Made by a program: the position numbers and the translations under genes. The notes below the pieces were generated by a model, which was given only the letters and a program-made list of their open reading frames with translations, was not told the origin of the DNA and did not search any database. Below are positions 49,200 to 61,900 of a stretch of 64,000 nucleotides of DNA, piece by piece. Source of the DNA: Anthoceros angustus (Eukaryota > Plantae > Anthocerotophyta); the NCBI GenBank assembly GCA_010909165.1, contig MU008181.1, forward strand, positions 496,001 through 560,000, in the 5' to 3' direction. Position 1 is the stretch's first letter. Every line of letters begins with the position of its first letter.

Positions 49200-51125
49200 G
49201 GAAGGAGACGGTTGAAGAAAGGCGCCTCCAAGCGTAGTAAAACTAATGTTTGGGCTTATTTGTGCCGAAATCTAGTGTGCATTTGGGAAGGCGATCTTCG
49301 TGATGATAATGCACAAAAGCAGCTTCAAGCGTGTAGGAAAAGCGCCAAGATCTTGAGAGGTCGAGTATCAAACATGGTTGCCGGTACCACTTTGATGTGA
49401 AGCGACTTGCTATCTAACTAGCGCTTGTGTTTTGTGATTCATTTGAACATGTAGACCAATGGACCGCCACTTAATTGCGGTATCTGCAGACCCTCTCAAG
49501 GTTTGCTGCTGTTTAAGTGAGGACATCCGTGCTGTGCGAGGCGTCTTCTTTGAGTGTAACAAAGGCGAGATATACCTCGAGCATGTGGAGCAAGTAGAAT
49601 TGAAAGCACAAGCTAGTGATTATGAACCTTGTCGCGATGATTTTTACTGACCACGACATTAACAACATTGCCTCTCAATTGTTTGCGGGGTTCTATCAAT
49701 ATCACCCCACGATGAGATTAGTGTTGGTTTGTGGATAGAGGCTCACAAGGACCTTGTCTGGTATCATTCTGTTTCCTCCCCCTTAGTGATTGGCTTGCAA
49801 ACTGATTTCCAGCATTCCATGATTATGCAGTTTGGGAATGGGAATCTCATATCCATGGACGCCACATTTGGGACCAACAAATACAAGTTTTACCTGTACA
49901 CACTTTTGGTATTTGATAGTTACTATAATGGAGTGCCTGTTGCCTGGATTGTTACAGATAGTGGAACAGCAGTAGATATTCAGTCTTGGTTGCAAGCTTT
50001 CAAAGATCATATTGATAGGCACTGCCCGGAATGGCAACCAAGTGCCTTTACGGTGCAGTCATTGCGAAATTGCAAGCCATTCACAATGTATGGGGCGTGG
50101 CGGTTCCGGTGTTGTTATGCTTGTGGCATGTCGAAAGTCTGTTCGACATTTGTTGTTGAAGGTCGGGCGGGAAGTTCGGGTTGGTCACATTATGTACCTA
50201 TCCGGTGGTGGCGAAGGTGAGGCCCACAAAATGTCAACAAGTGTGTAGATTTTGGAGATAGTGCTCGAGTTTCATTGAGTATTTCAAGAAACAATGGCAC
50301 AGTGTGCTTCCCTTATGGTTAAAGGGTATCGAACTATGAGGCCGAGGCCAAGATTGTAACTTATCGAAGCCATGGGTTTTGAAGTCTCATTGTGCCATGA
50401 TTTTGTTAGGCTGCGAGGAAGGCGGTTGGATTGGTTGCTCCACACTCTGTGGAAAGCAAAGCAAAATCTACTAGTATAAGCATTTCACAAAGGAGCATGG
50501 ATTCGGATACAATGCAAGGGAAGCGACAATCGTGGACAATGCAATCTTGGGTTCCCAATCCATTCGACTCATTTGTCACATTACCAACCACAATTGATGG
50601 CCCAACTTTTGTGAGGAGTTGCTCGAAGTTGATCTATACCATCTTCATTGTAAGTGCAGTTGGACTTCTGTGTTGTCCAGGCACTCGGGGTTTCTTTTGC
50701 AAGCACCAAGCTAAGATATTACACCTCAAAGGGAAAGTATCCACACAGCTAGTTACTACATGGCTAGAAGAGGACATGTCCATGTCTCTCCGCATTCTGT
50801 TGGACACGAACATATGCCTTGTGAGCAGGCGGTGGAGGCGGACACCTATTTTCACTCGGGAGACACCGAATCAGCATTTGGCCACAATAAAGCCACAAGT
50901 GAAGGCCGTTGCTTCATACCAGCTTGGAAAATATATGGAAAGAAGTGTGGAAAATGGTGCATGCTGATGCTTCCTTGCTCCAGCATACTCATGCAGCAGC
51001 TTCTATGTTGCTTCCCAAGTTAACAATTGCGAGGCGAAAATGTGCCAATGGTGCGATGTCCAATTTACTCAAATTGGACAATGGCTTTGGAGATTCTTTG
51101 AAGAGGAAAAAAAATGTGTGGAGAT
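49200..51125 (+). pseudogene. MULE/SWIM transposase of the outer element
   Basis: ISMDATFGTNKYKFYLYTLLVFD..GVPVAWIV, WQPSAF, CLWHV, SWIM-like CC..GTRGFFCKHQ. Confidence 0.82.
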
Positions 51126-52372
51126 GACTACTTGGAAGCTGCGCCCGAAGCCAAAGATGCTAGAGATATTGCACCAAGGTGCTGAAAGGAGTTATCTTGA
51201 GGAGAAGGAAGGATGAGATTTGTGGCTATTTCATGCCTTACTTGGCTATAAATTTTGTAAGATAGGTCATCGGAAAGCAAATTTCAAACTCATCATGTTC
51301 AGCTATCTGTATGCGAACTTGGATATTGATGTTTGTCAGAATTGCCCGATGAACAATTTATGCTCTCTGAATTTCAAACTCTGAGTACGTGTTCCACATA
51401 CGTTTACATGGAATGAGCTATAACTCATTTTGTAGCCCTCTGAACAAGCTTCAATGTGATTGCCTGTATTACATTTTGGTTGTGTCTAGCATAAGTTATG
51501 AATGAAAATGAGCATCTCTGTTACCAGGCCTCAACCCCGAATGCTCTATGTTTTTGGCTTTGAGCAATAGTTCATCCTGTCACCCATGAGACAAGCTTCA
51601 ATTTGATTACCAAAATTCGGTTATGTCCAGCAGAAAATATGTAATATGCATCTCAGATATGCCTCACTCCGCGTGCTCTATATCAATGGTTCTTCGCCAC
51701 TCACACGGATGCGCCCTGCTTTCATATGGCCGGAGGCTAGTTCTCCCCAAGTAATGGCGCTCTTCTCCCGAGGTGGGCCCCATCGCTAGCCTTGCCTCGC
51801 GCCATGACCATCCCATGTCCATAGCACTGCTAGGTGAATATACGTATGAGCGCATATACTATACACGGCAACCCGTAGCGGCTGCGTCGTTCATGGCTCC
51901 GGTTTGTGGAATGGCGGTTGGGGTTCATTTTAAGCGCGAATGCCCTAATCGGCCGCGAATACACAATCCGGTTTGTCCAAAATCAAACGTGTTCCCAACA
52001 TTGGGAACGTGTATCACGACACAAACGGCTTGGCCGCACGATGCCGCGATCTCTTCGTGGTGTGAGCATGAATTGCATCGGACTTTCGCTGGCGGGCGGC
52101 GGCGGAGGAGTGGAACCAATGTGTTCAATGGAAGGCTTGTCCATCTGCATTGCCAATGGAATTGTTTCGCTTCGAGAATGGTGAGGTGAAGAGCTTGAAG
52201 ACGTGTAATTTCTACTCGATGCTCCACGCTCACGTCTGCGGAAGATGGTGAGACACGCTTGACAGACGCCATCCAACACTACAGGGCTCAAGCATTCGCA
52301 AGGCTGCAAGGCTCCTTGAAGGATCTGTTTACCTCGTAACTTTGCATTCTTCTGCATATTGCAATTTCATTC

Positions 52373-54720
52373 ATGGCTGAAATGGCACAGCCCTTTGTGA
52401 GCAAGGATCTAAGGCCTGTTATGTCTACAATCGCCCCAGACTTTGTGAGTATGGATACATGCCCTCTGCCTGTGCAGCTTCCGATTGTTGGGCATTTCAG
52501 TAAAGAAGATTTACAGTGGTTGCCCTCGAAGCACTGTACAGGGAAGATGGTTACGAATGTCAAAATAGCCTACGTTTCCTGGGATAGAGTGGACGATTTT
52601 CAGGAAGTCGAGAACTCTCCCCACAACGCTTGTAAGACGTAATGTTCGGAAACGGTCCACGGACCCGTATATCGTGCTGCCTAATTCACCAAGCTCATAT
52701 ATTAAATATGAATGTGCTTACGGACCACAAGATTTTCGCCTTACGGTGTGGAGCCTTTCATTGATGTGACAAACCGTCCAAAAAGGGGAAAGGCGCAGCC
52801 GTCACGCATGAAGACGCAGAGGAAAAGGGCTGTAAATTCTTCATCGCCAGATTATTGCAATGGCGTGAATTGCAGAGATACGAATTCACGAATGGCACCA
52901 CATAGACATGAATGGTGATTTACGCCATGGTTTGTTAGCCACGATGCCCCGCTAATGTTTCTCTTGCTCTGCTTTTATCTATGGCAAAGCGGAATGGGTA
53001 AAGCACAAGCTCTTATGCCAGCTGACCAATTACCAAATTATGTGTGATCATGAGGAGGATGTGTATCGCAGGAAGAAGGACAACCCAAGATGCCACTTGG
53101 TCCGGGATGATTTCTTATTGCCCAAGGATATAAAAAACATACAGGCAGAGCTTGATTGCAGGACATGGAGATTGCATCATACTGATGAGGAAAGTGTGAG
53201 AATATGGATGGACTTACACAAGCATGAGATTTTCTTTTCTTCCTTCAGCTCTAAGTCTCTTGACGGTGTCACTTTACGGGTATTCGACACCATTTGACTC
53301 ATGTATGTTGAGGTGGGGCCATAACTCGATTGTCTCTATGGATGCCACGTCGGGACTAACAAATGGAAATTTCGTTGTTTACTTGTTGGTCTTGATGACC
53401 ACATGAACGGCTACGGGGCATGGATCATTTCTGACAACGGCACTGCTGACAATATTAGTGCATGGCTGGGGGCTTTAAAGCAGATGTTGGAGAAGTCTGA
53501 TCCAGCGTGGAAGCCCAATGCTTTCTTGGTGGACGATTGCCAAGCCGAGATTAACGCTATACGACAAGTATTCGGCTCTAACATGTTGGTGTTTTTGTGT
53601 TTGTGGCATGTGCGCCGTGTTTGGTTGAGACAACTCATAAAGAAGGTGAAAAATAAAGTCAGGAGAGCAGAGATGATGAGCACACTTGGTAAAATTATGT
53701 ATATGGAGGAGCAAGGTCATGGTATGGAGAAAGTCATGGAGCTTGACGCATTCTACTCGACATACGCAATATGAGCCCGAATTTGTGACTTATTTTAAGC
53801 GGCAATGGGGGCGATTATGACTATGTGGATCAAAGCTCGGGAAGTCCCACATGCTGGCCAAGACGCAATGATAGAAGCCTACCACCAGCACTTGAAATTC
53901 GGATGTGCGCTAGAAGAAGCGGCTTACTGTGTAGCGTTTAGATTGGTTACTTCATATCCTTGTGGATGAAGTCAATCGGCATTTTGGTTCCAATCACAAT
54001 GCAAGTTGCTGAATATTGTTCACAACACCAAGTTGGAGAGACTTGTGCACCATGCAATTACTAAGGCACTGCAAATTCCAAATGTGGATGTCACACTCGA
54101 CAACGGATAATGCTTCAGCATCGTTAAAAGTCGAAGGCACTTAACGGGTCAGTGGAGTCGAGGTGCTAAATGGTGGAAGGCGTGCTTGCAACGCAAACAA
54201 GGATTGAATGGCTTTGTTTGCAAACATCAAGTGAAGGTTTTGCTGATGTTAAATCGAATGACAGCTACACAGATGCTTGTGCACAAACTGATGGATATGT
54301 TGAAGGAACATGGTACTGATAATTTCAATTTGGCAAGTCAGGTCATGCACACAACAAGTTATGAGGAGCCTGCAGTGAATGTTTGCCAGGATGGGCATGA
54401 ACTACGCCCCCCAAACAGGATGTTGTCCAAGAAGGGCCCCAAGTACCTTGCCTGAACCAGGTGTCCAGTCCATGGACGTGAGTTGGGCAGAGATTAGGGG
54501 AATGGTGGAGAAGTGGCCACAGTTAGAAAATCATGTTGCTGCCATGATGGGACAATTAGTAAGGCAGGTCCAAGGGTTGGGCGCTGATCTTCATCTTCAC
54601 CAGTTGCATGAAACACCAATTCTACACCACAATCCTGCTCATACAGACAATTCTCTTAAACGGAAAAGCCTTTTGGGAAACGGAGGAGTCGGCAGAGGAA
54701 GAACGGCCCCAAGATCGAAA
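52373..54720 (+). pseudogene. MULE/SWIM transposase of the inner element
   Basis: VSMDAT, AWII, WKPNAFLVDDCQAEINAI, FLCLWHVRRVW, IEAYH, GLNGFVCKHQ; many indels. Confidence 0.85.
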
Positions 54721-54938
54721 GTGAAATTCCAGTGGTCAAACATACAACTGCCTATAGTTCCTAGGCCTTAGCACATAGAACTGCCTATAGCTCGAGGCTA
54801 AGCTTAGAAAGTTGTGCGAACATGGCAACTGCCAGTTCTGAGCCTTGGAATTTTGCTCTACAGTCTTGGATGTTCTCCTCTCGTTGTATGTTTCACCATT
54901 TTCGTCAGCGTGGAACATGAGCTATCAGAGTCACGCTC

Positions 54939-55080
54939 CGTCTGCCGATAAGAGTCCGATCCCATGCGCTCCAAGAAGAGGTGGAGGCCCCGTCGCGTTG
55001 CCAAGCGGACGTCTGCCGATAAGAGTCCGATCCCATGCGCTCCAAGAAGAGGTGGAGGCCCCGTCGCGTTGCCAAGCGGA
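54939..55080. repeat. 71-bp tandem duplication inside the inner MULE
   Basis: CGTCTGCCGATAAGAG...GCCAAGCGGA twice. Confidence 0.85.
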
Positions 55081-55944
55081 TTGTGTCTGATTTCGGCCGT
55101 TTAAAATGTGGCTGTTTGGCGAACTGATTAGGGCACGTTTCGCGCTTAAAATGAACCCCAACCGGCCATTCCACAAAGCCATGAGCGACGCAGCTACGGG
55201 TTGCCGTGTATGGTATAGTATGCGCTCATACGTGTATTCACCTAGACAGTGCTATGGACATGGGATGGGTCATGGCGCGAGGCAAGGCTAGGCGATGGGG
55301 CCCACCACCTCGGGAGAAGAGCGCCATTACTTTGCAGGAGAACTAGCCTCCGGCTTTCATATGTGCAAGATGTGCCCAATGGCTATCCTGTTCTCATGTA
55401 TGTGCCCATGTGTTCGCAACGGTCACGTATGTTTCCATGCGTTCACATGGTGCACTCACAACTCCCAGTCGCGCTCGCTCGCGCTCGCAAGTCACGGATG
55501 AGAGAGACACATGGTAGGCCCCACCACATCAAGGCAACCAAGCATTAAACCCCCGACGAATTTTAGTGAGCGGCCATCGCGAGCTCTTTGATCGATTAAA
55601 TAAAGTGGTGGCTTCACGCTAGGTGGAATGTTAGGGAAAAGACAGTAACGACACTAGGGGATGAGACTGGCCATCGCAAACTCCAAAGATGTGATCGATT
55701 AAATCAAGTGGTGGGCGACAACAGAAGTCAAGAAGCCATGGACCTCTTGACTTCATAATTGTGGGCACTGAGTGCATTGCAAGGACGTCGAATGCCTCCT
55801 GCAGGCCTCCCATTCAAGGGCATTCATTCCCCCCTTCCACCCAAGCGCTCACATCGGCTCTCGAGCGATATCGATCCCAGGCCATCGGCTCGGCAACAAC
55901 AATCCGCTCGATCTCAGTGACTTGTGCACCACTCCGCTGTGGAG

Positions 55945-56451
55945 ATGGCAGGTGCGCCAGTCTCAAGGCCGGTGCTGGTGCTGGTGCTGGTGCTTGTGGG
56001 CATGGCTCACGTGGTGAAGGCTTCCAACGTGCTGTCCCAGGGAGCCGCCCTGCAGCAGGGCGAGGGGCTACAAAGTTCCAACGGGTGTATGCGTTCAACG
56101 TGCAGACCGACTGTAACCTGGTGCTGTACCACAGCGGGAGAGCCATCTGGGCATCCAACACCTATGAAAGGGGCATCAACTGCCCGATTCACCATGCAGA
56201 CGGATGGCAACGCCGTCATCAAAACTGGCGACGACACTCCAGTTTTCAGCACAGGAACTTACAACCCTTCGGATAGCGGCCGTTACATCATCGCGCAAGA
56301 TGACGGCAATGTGGTCATGTATAATGCCCGTAACAATGCTTTATGGAACACCAGCCTAGGCCTGTACAGTAGACTCCACATTTGTTTTGTATCATCTTTC
56401 GCATGTCTACTGTATTCGAATAAGAACAGTGCACTCCGCTGCATACAGTGA
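55945..56451 (+). CDS. Secreted GNA/bulb-type (B-lectin) mannose-binding lectin; two compensating frameshifts, 3' end uncertain
   Basis: Hydrophobic signal VLVLVLVLVG, then QTDCNLVLY, QTDGNAVIK, QDDGNVVMY (QxDxNxVxY sites) and IWASNT. Confidence 0.82.
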   Translation: MAGAPVSRPVLVLVLVLVGMAHVVKASNVLSQGAALQQGEGLQSSNGCMRSTCRPTVTWCCTTAGEPSGHPTPMKGASTARFTMQTDGNAVIKTGDDTPVFSTGTYNPSDSGRYIIAQDDGNVVMYNARNNALWNTSLGLYSRLHICFVSSFACLLYSNKNSALRCIQ

Positions 56452-56490
56452 GATTGTTGTCTCCAATTTGGCCTTTGAATTGTTCTCTCT

Positions 56491-56820
56491 GAGGTAGGCC
56501 TCTTCGATATCCACTTCCTCCATTCCTGCGGGGAAGTCTCCTACTATTCTGCGCACAAGTGTGAGGAAAACCGAGCTGATCTCCGCAAATTTGCCAGAGA
56601 CAGTGCTTTGTTCTGGAAGAGCATCCTCCACACATCCATGGAGGAGCACTTCGGTGTGGAGTTGAGCAACCTGGTGTTCGAACAGTTCGAGCACAGGATT
56701 CAGACCCTTCATCTTGAACCTGGTAGAAATATAGACGATTACTTCCTCGGACGTTATGCCGTTGCCCTTCTCACCAGGAGCAGACTAAAACTTTGTTTTC
56801 TTGCAACTGGCTCGACCTGA
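56491..56820 (+). pseudogene. SABATH 3' fragment (distinct paralog)
   Basis: EVGLFDIH..CGEVSYY..FWKSILHTSMEEHFG..YAVALLTR plus homologous 3' flank. Confidence 0.88.
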
Positions 56821-57772
56821 ATTGAAACTGCTTCAGATGTCGGCCAGTCATTCAGTGCTCCAGCCTAATAATCTGCAGCCATCGTTGCAAGGGCAGGTGG
56901 GACTTCTGAGGCAGTCCCTGGCTCTGTGTAGAATTTCATTGTAAAAGCACATGGCACTGCAGGACGGAACTATCACAAAATGGAGAACTGCCGAAACGTA
57001 AATCGCGTCTGAGCTTTATCTGCATGCTTTGTCCGAGTCCCGTGCCGGTGCGCTGCCCAGCAGGATCACCATTGGGTTGCCCTCCTTGTCATTGTCTGAT
57101 TACTCATCTCTTTGAAATAAAGTGCTAGCTCGATGGCTTTCACTCACCCACAGTCTGGCTCAATGCCCTACCACACAGCTGATTTGCAATGCTTCAAATG
57201 TCACAGCATCGGGTGCCCAGACAAATCTTACAGCATCAGGCGCGCATACAAGTAACACAGCATCAGGTGCGGCCGTACAAATATCCCAGCATCAGGCGCG
57301 GCCAAGCCTTGCTCTTGCATTGTATGGTACAGACGAAGGAGTCGTGGGTACGATGCCGCCACAGCACATGATTTCTCACTCGCTGTAGTACTTTATTGTT
57401 CCGGCCGTGGTCGGGGAAGACGAGTCCTGGCGGTCATCACTTTCAGAACGAAGACACGGACACAAAAACTCAGTGAGACTGTGGTGGGCGGAAGCTGCCG
57501 TCCTCGGCACCCAAAACCAGTGCCACCTCAAAAGAAAGGAAAAGACGGGCGCTCACAGCCACCACTTCTAGCGTGCACGTGGTTTGCAGTTTGTGAGGAC
57601 TTTCTTGGATCAGGCAGCCTCTGGCACTGAAATGTCGGCCAGCTGCGCTGCCCGATGCCACAACCTGAGGGCTGAGGACCTTGGGAGAAAGAGGCGAGTC
57701 ACCGTCGTGGGTGCCGCGCGCCGTGCTCTTGAAACTGGGATTGGCGAAAGCTCGCTGTAAACCACATCTGCT

Positions 57773-58926
57773 ATGGCAACACTAGTGCATGTCCCCTCGC
57801 TTCAGGGCGATGGCAGCGTGGAGCAAACCGTCCAAATGGGACCCGGCGAAGGTGAGGACAGCTACGTCAAGAATTCCTCCGTGCAGTCGCACTTGCTTCA
57901 GGTCATGGAAGAGCCGCTGTGGCACGGATTCGATCTGCCTCCCGCATTCCAGAGATGGCAATGCCGGGAACACCTGCGCGTAGCAGACCTAGGATGCGCC
58001 ACGGGCAACACCATCAGAGCTGTGGACAAGCTCCTGGACAGTCTAGCAACCCTGTGGGAGTCAAGCCTGGCCAGCTGCAGGTCAGCCCTTCCCAAGGACG
58101 TTCAGGTTTTCTTCACCGACTTGCCTCCAACGATTTCAACACTCTCTTCAGGAGCCTGTCGCCCTACGGATCTGGATGCAGGCGCTACTTCGCAGCCGGT
58201 GTGCCTGGATCCTTCTACGGCCGCTGTTCCCTGCCGCGAGCATCCACGCCTTCACCTGCTTCACGGCGCTGCATTGGATCTCCCGAATACCGCCCGAGGT
58301 CCTGGACAAGAATTCCCCATTCAACTTTGACAGGGTGCACATCCATGGCGCCAATCCTGCCGTGAAACGGGCCTTCACTAACCAGAGTTCCAGGGATCTC
58401 ACGGCCTTCTTCACCAACCGATCTATTGAGCTTGTGCCTGGAGGGTTCCTTGCGCTGGCCATGCTCGCCAACGCAGACGAGCAGCGCTCGTACGGGTCAG
58501 AAATTTTCCGCTTGCTCGCGGACACCTTCCACAACCTAACTGTCCAGGGCGTTATTCCGCGGGGTGTCATGGAGACGTTTAACATTCCTATTCTCGTCCC
58601 GAAGTATCGCACAGGTGAGGCAGGCTGTGGAGGGAGGTGGCCTCTTCGATATCCACATCCTCCAATCCTGCGGTGAAGTCTCCTACTATCCTGCACACAA
58701 GTGTGCGGAATACCGAGCTGATCTCCGCAAATTTGCTAGAGACAGTGCTTTGTTCTGGAAGAGCATCCTCCACACATCCATAGAGGAGCACTTCGGTGTG
58801 GCGTTGAGCAATGTGGTGTTCGAGCAGTTCGAGCACGAGATTCAGACCCTTCATCGTCAACCTGGTAGCGATATAGACGATTACTTCCTCGGAAGTTATG
58901 CTGTTGCCCTTCTCACCAGGAAGTAG
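57773..58926 (+). pseudogene. SABATH methyltransferase 4, chimeric 5' end, frameshifted
   Basis: The first ~150 nt differ (MATLVHV..QTVQ..HLLQVMEEP); the remainder matches copy 3, including most of its indels. Confidence 0.85.
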
Positions 58927-61900
58927 ACTAAAACTTCGTTTCCTTGCAACTGGCTCGACCTGAAGTGAAACTGCTTCATATGTTGGCCAATCATTTAGTG
59001 CTCAACCTAAAACCCCTGCCATGCTTATGAGGACAGGCGGAACTCCGGCGGGAGTTCGTACCTCTGTGTAGAATTTGATTATTCAAAAGCAAATGGTTGC
59101 AGTTCACGGCCTGGTGTAAGCTCTTGACGAGAAGGCGGACTCCTTTCTGTGTTCCTAACCGTCCCAAGTTTAAATGATGTAGCAGGAAATGCGTGGGATG
59201 GCAGCATAGCCAACAGTTGTGAGCACTGCTAGTGAGAGGGTCACAGTTACTATTACCAGCTCTGATCCACAGGAGCAGATTTTCTATTGTGGACAAGGAG
59301 TTAGAAAGACAACATCAGACAACTCTTAAGTTTCGTATCCCTATTTCCCTCAGATTGAGCAAATCATTTTGGAATTCAGCTGGGTTGTCCTGTTACATGG
59401 GGTGAGCGTTGTTGGTGGTGGACAGGGATAATGGAAATGAGTCCATGGAGGACGATGTGGAAGTGCTGGAGTGTGCACCTGATGCTGATGCCCAGGCAGG
59501 TATCCATGACTCCTGCTCTTGAGGAAACTATGGAGCAGGAGCAAGCAACATGGAAAGGGCCATATTTTATGATGCCGCCACAGTGTATGAAAACGCTTCC
59601 GGAAACGAGCAGCATGCTGCTTTGCAGCAGATATTTATTATCTCTACGAGCTGGAACATCATCAGCCGTTATTCCGACGGCGGCGAGAGTTGGGGCAGGT
59701 TATGTTGGCTGGATAGGTATCACCAGATGACAGCCACAAGTTTGCTCAGACACACGATTTGGCAAATTTTCTTCGTGCAAACTGTATACTTCCGTGTGTG
59801 TGCATAGGCAGCAACAGCCACCTTGTTGTCAGTCATTTCGTTCTCACAGCACTCAGCACCTTTGCTAAGTTTTGTATCAGTGTTGTTCAGGTCCCTCAAA
59901 TCCTAGGCAGCATGTTGCAAGAACTCTGTTGGCCAGCAGGCAGCATGTTGCAAAGTGGCCTTGACGGCAATCAGTAGGCTGTACTTAAAGGGAATATTCC
60001 TACAGGTCAACAAGAGCCCCAGCACGCTTGCAGGCGCTTCAAAAACGACTCATGCACAATTAACCCTGTGTCCACCTTGGGATGGTAGACAGAAAATTGG
60101 CCATGAAAGCGAAGTTAAGACTAGGAAATCTTGCAACCCTAGTTGAGATGTACCCTACCTGACCAAGCAGCAGAAAAGGACCAAGATTAGTTTCTAAAGA
60201 ACTATCACATGCTGCAGTGAAGCACAGCAAGGCCTAAGCAGCAACTTATAACAAAGAACCTAGATGATTTTCTAGAGAACTGCCACATGCTGCAATGAGG
60301 AGACTCAGGACATGAGCAGCAACCTCATAACAAAAACCCAAGATTTCTTTTCTAAGGAACTATTACATGTTGCAAAGAAGAGCCTGCAAAGCATGAACAA
60401 CAACTTATAACAAAGAACCAAGATTATTCCTTAGGGAACCATAACATGTTGCAATGAAGAGACTTTGAAACCTAAGGAGCAACTCAGTTCAAAGAACCAA
60501 AATTGCTTTCGAAGGAAGTAACAGCGAAGAGCAGACTGTAGAGCATGCATGACCTGTCGCCTATCCATCGCTAACAAGTAATGAATGGCAAGGACTGATG
60601 GGACCCATTTTTGCCGTCCCCATAGGCCTATAACCGGATACCAGCCCAGCTCCCGGTGACGCGTTTAGGCCGCTGGGACTTGGAATGTTTTCCAACCTTT
60701 CGACACCTTCCTTGCAAGGATGGCACATGTTGCCTGGAGCACTAAATGGCACTCCAGCATATGTACGAAGCAGGCTCACTTCCGAGGCAGCCATTTTTGC
60801 AGGGAAACAAAGGCTGGTCCACTTCCTGGTTAGAAGGGCAACAGCATAATTCATGGTAAAGTAATCGCCGACATTTCTACCAGGCTCAAGCTCAAGCTCA
60901 AGCTCAAGCTCAAGCTCAAGCTCAAGCTCAAGCTCAAGCTCAAGCTCAAGCTCAAGCTCAAGGGTGTGAACATGGCGCTCGTACTGCTCGAACACCAGGT
61001 TGCTCAATTCCACACCGAAGTGCTCCTCCATGGATGTGTGAAATAGGCCCTTCCAGAACAAATTAAAGTACTGTCTATGGCAAATTTGCGGAGGTCAGCT
61101 CGGTACTCCTCACGTGTGAGTGCAGGATAGTGGGAGACGTCACCGCAGGATTGGAGGACGTGGGAAACGTCACCACAGGATTGGAGGATAGTGGGAGACG
61201 TCACCGCAGGATTGGAGGATAGTGGGAGACGTCACCGCAGGGTTGGAGGATAGTGGGAGACGTCACCGCAGGATTGGAGGACGTGGAGGACGTGGGATTT
61301 TTTCTACATCGATTCTTCGTGTCGGACCTTTGAACAAATGTGCCTAGCATCTAGGAAACATGGATTTTTAAGCAGAAAAGACGAACACATGTCCATGCCC
61401 ATCGACGGCACATAATTGTCTATTTGTAATTTTTGTGAGGATGTTATGGCCTTGGCAGGAATTCGTGGTAAAGTTTGCTCAACCCACCTCTTTGCCATGC
61501 TCCTTCCCCGAGTGAAATGCTCTCCCGTCTCACCCTAAGCATGAATTGTCACAAGCGCATTAGAAATTTGTAGAAGGGGCGCATGAGACTTGTCTTTTTT
61601 TAGAAACAAACAAGCGGATGCAACTTTGCATGCTGGTAATTGTGGGAGTGAAAAGAGAGTCAGTATATTTTTTTTGTATTTAGATATGCATGAAAAACTG
61701 AAATTCAGCCCAAAACGGGTTAAGTCAGCATTATCAAACAGAATTTATAGAAAGATGAAAAGGAGACTTTATTATGAAGAAGAGATGGGAAATCCATCTA
61801 GCCACGAGAAGAGGAACAACCCTTATGAGGGCACCAGACCATGGGAGACTAACCCCCGTTGTCGCCAGTCTTGTAGTTGCCTATTGCACCAAGGATATCA

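Larger units (their letters stand above)
51729..55354 (+). mobile_element. Nested MULE with ~230-bp TIRs and 9-bp TSD
   Basis: GCCGGAGGCTAG...CTAGCCTCCGGC ends; TSD TTTCATATG at 51720-51728 and 55355-55363. Confidence 0.9.
48656..55572 (+). mobile_element. MULE-like (SWIM) DNA transposon, outer element, ~60-bp TIRs and 13-15 bp flanking direct repeat
   Basis: Left end CGGTCACTATAGTTCGTTGGGGGTTTAATGC...GGGGCCCACCA versus the reverse complement of 55512-55572. GCCATCGCGAGCTC occurs at 48643 and 55573. Confidence 0.82.

Noticed and set aside
48660-55568. CACTA/EnSpm element (CACTA...TAGTG)
   Set aside because: No 3-bp TSD, the inverted match extends further outward, and the transposase is MULE/SWIM-type.
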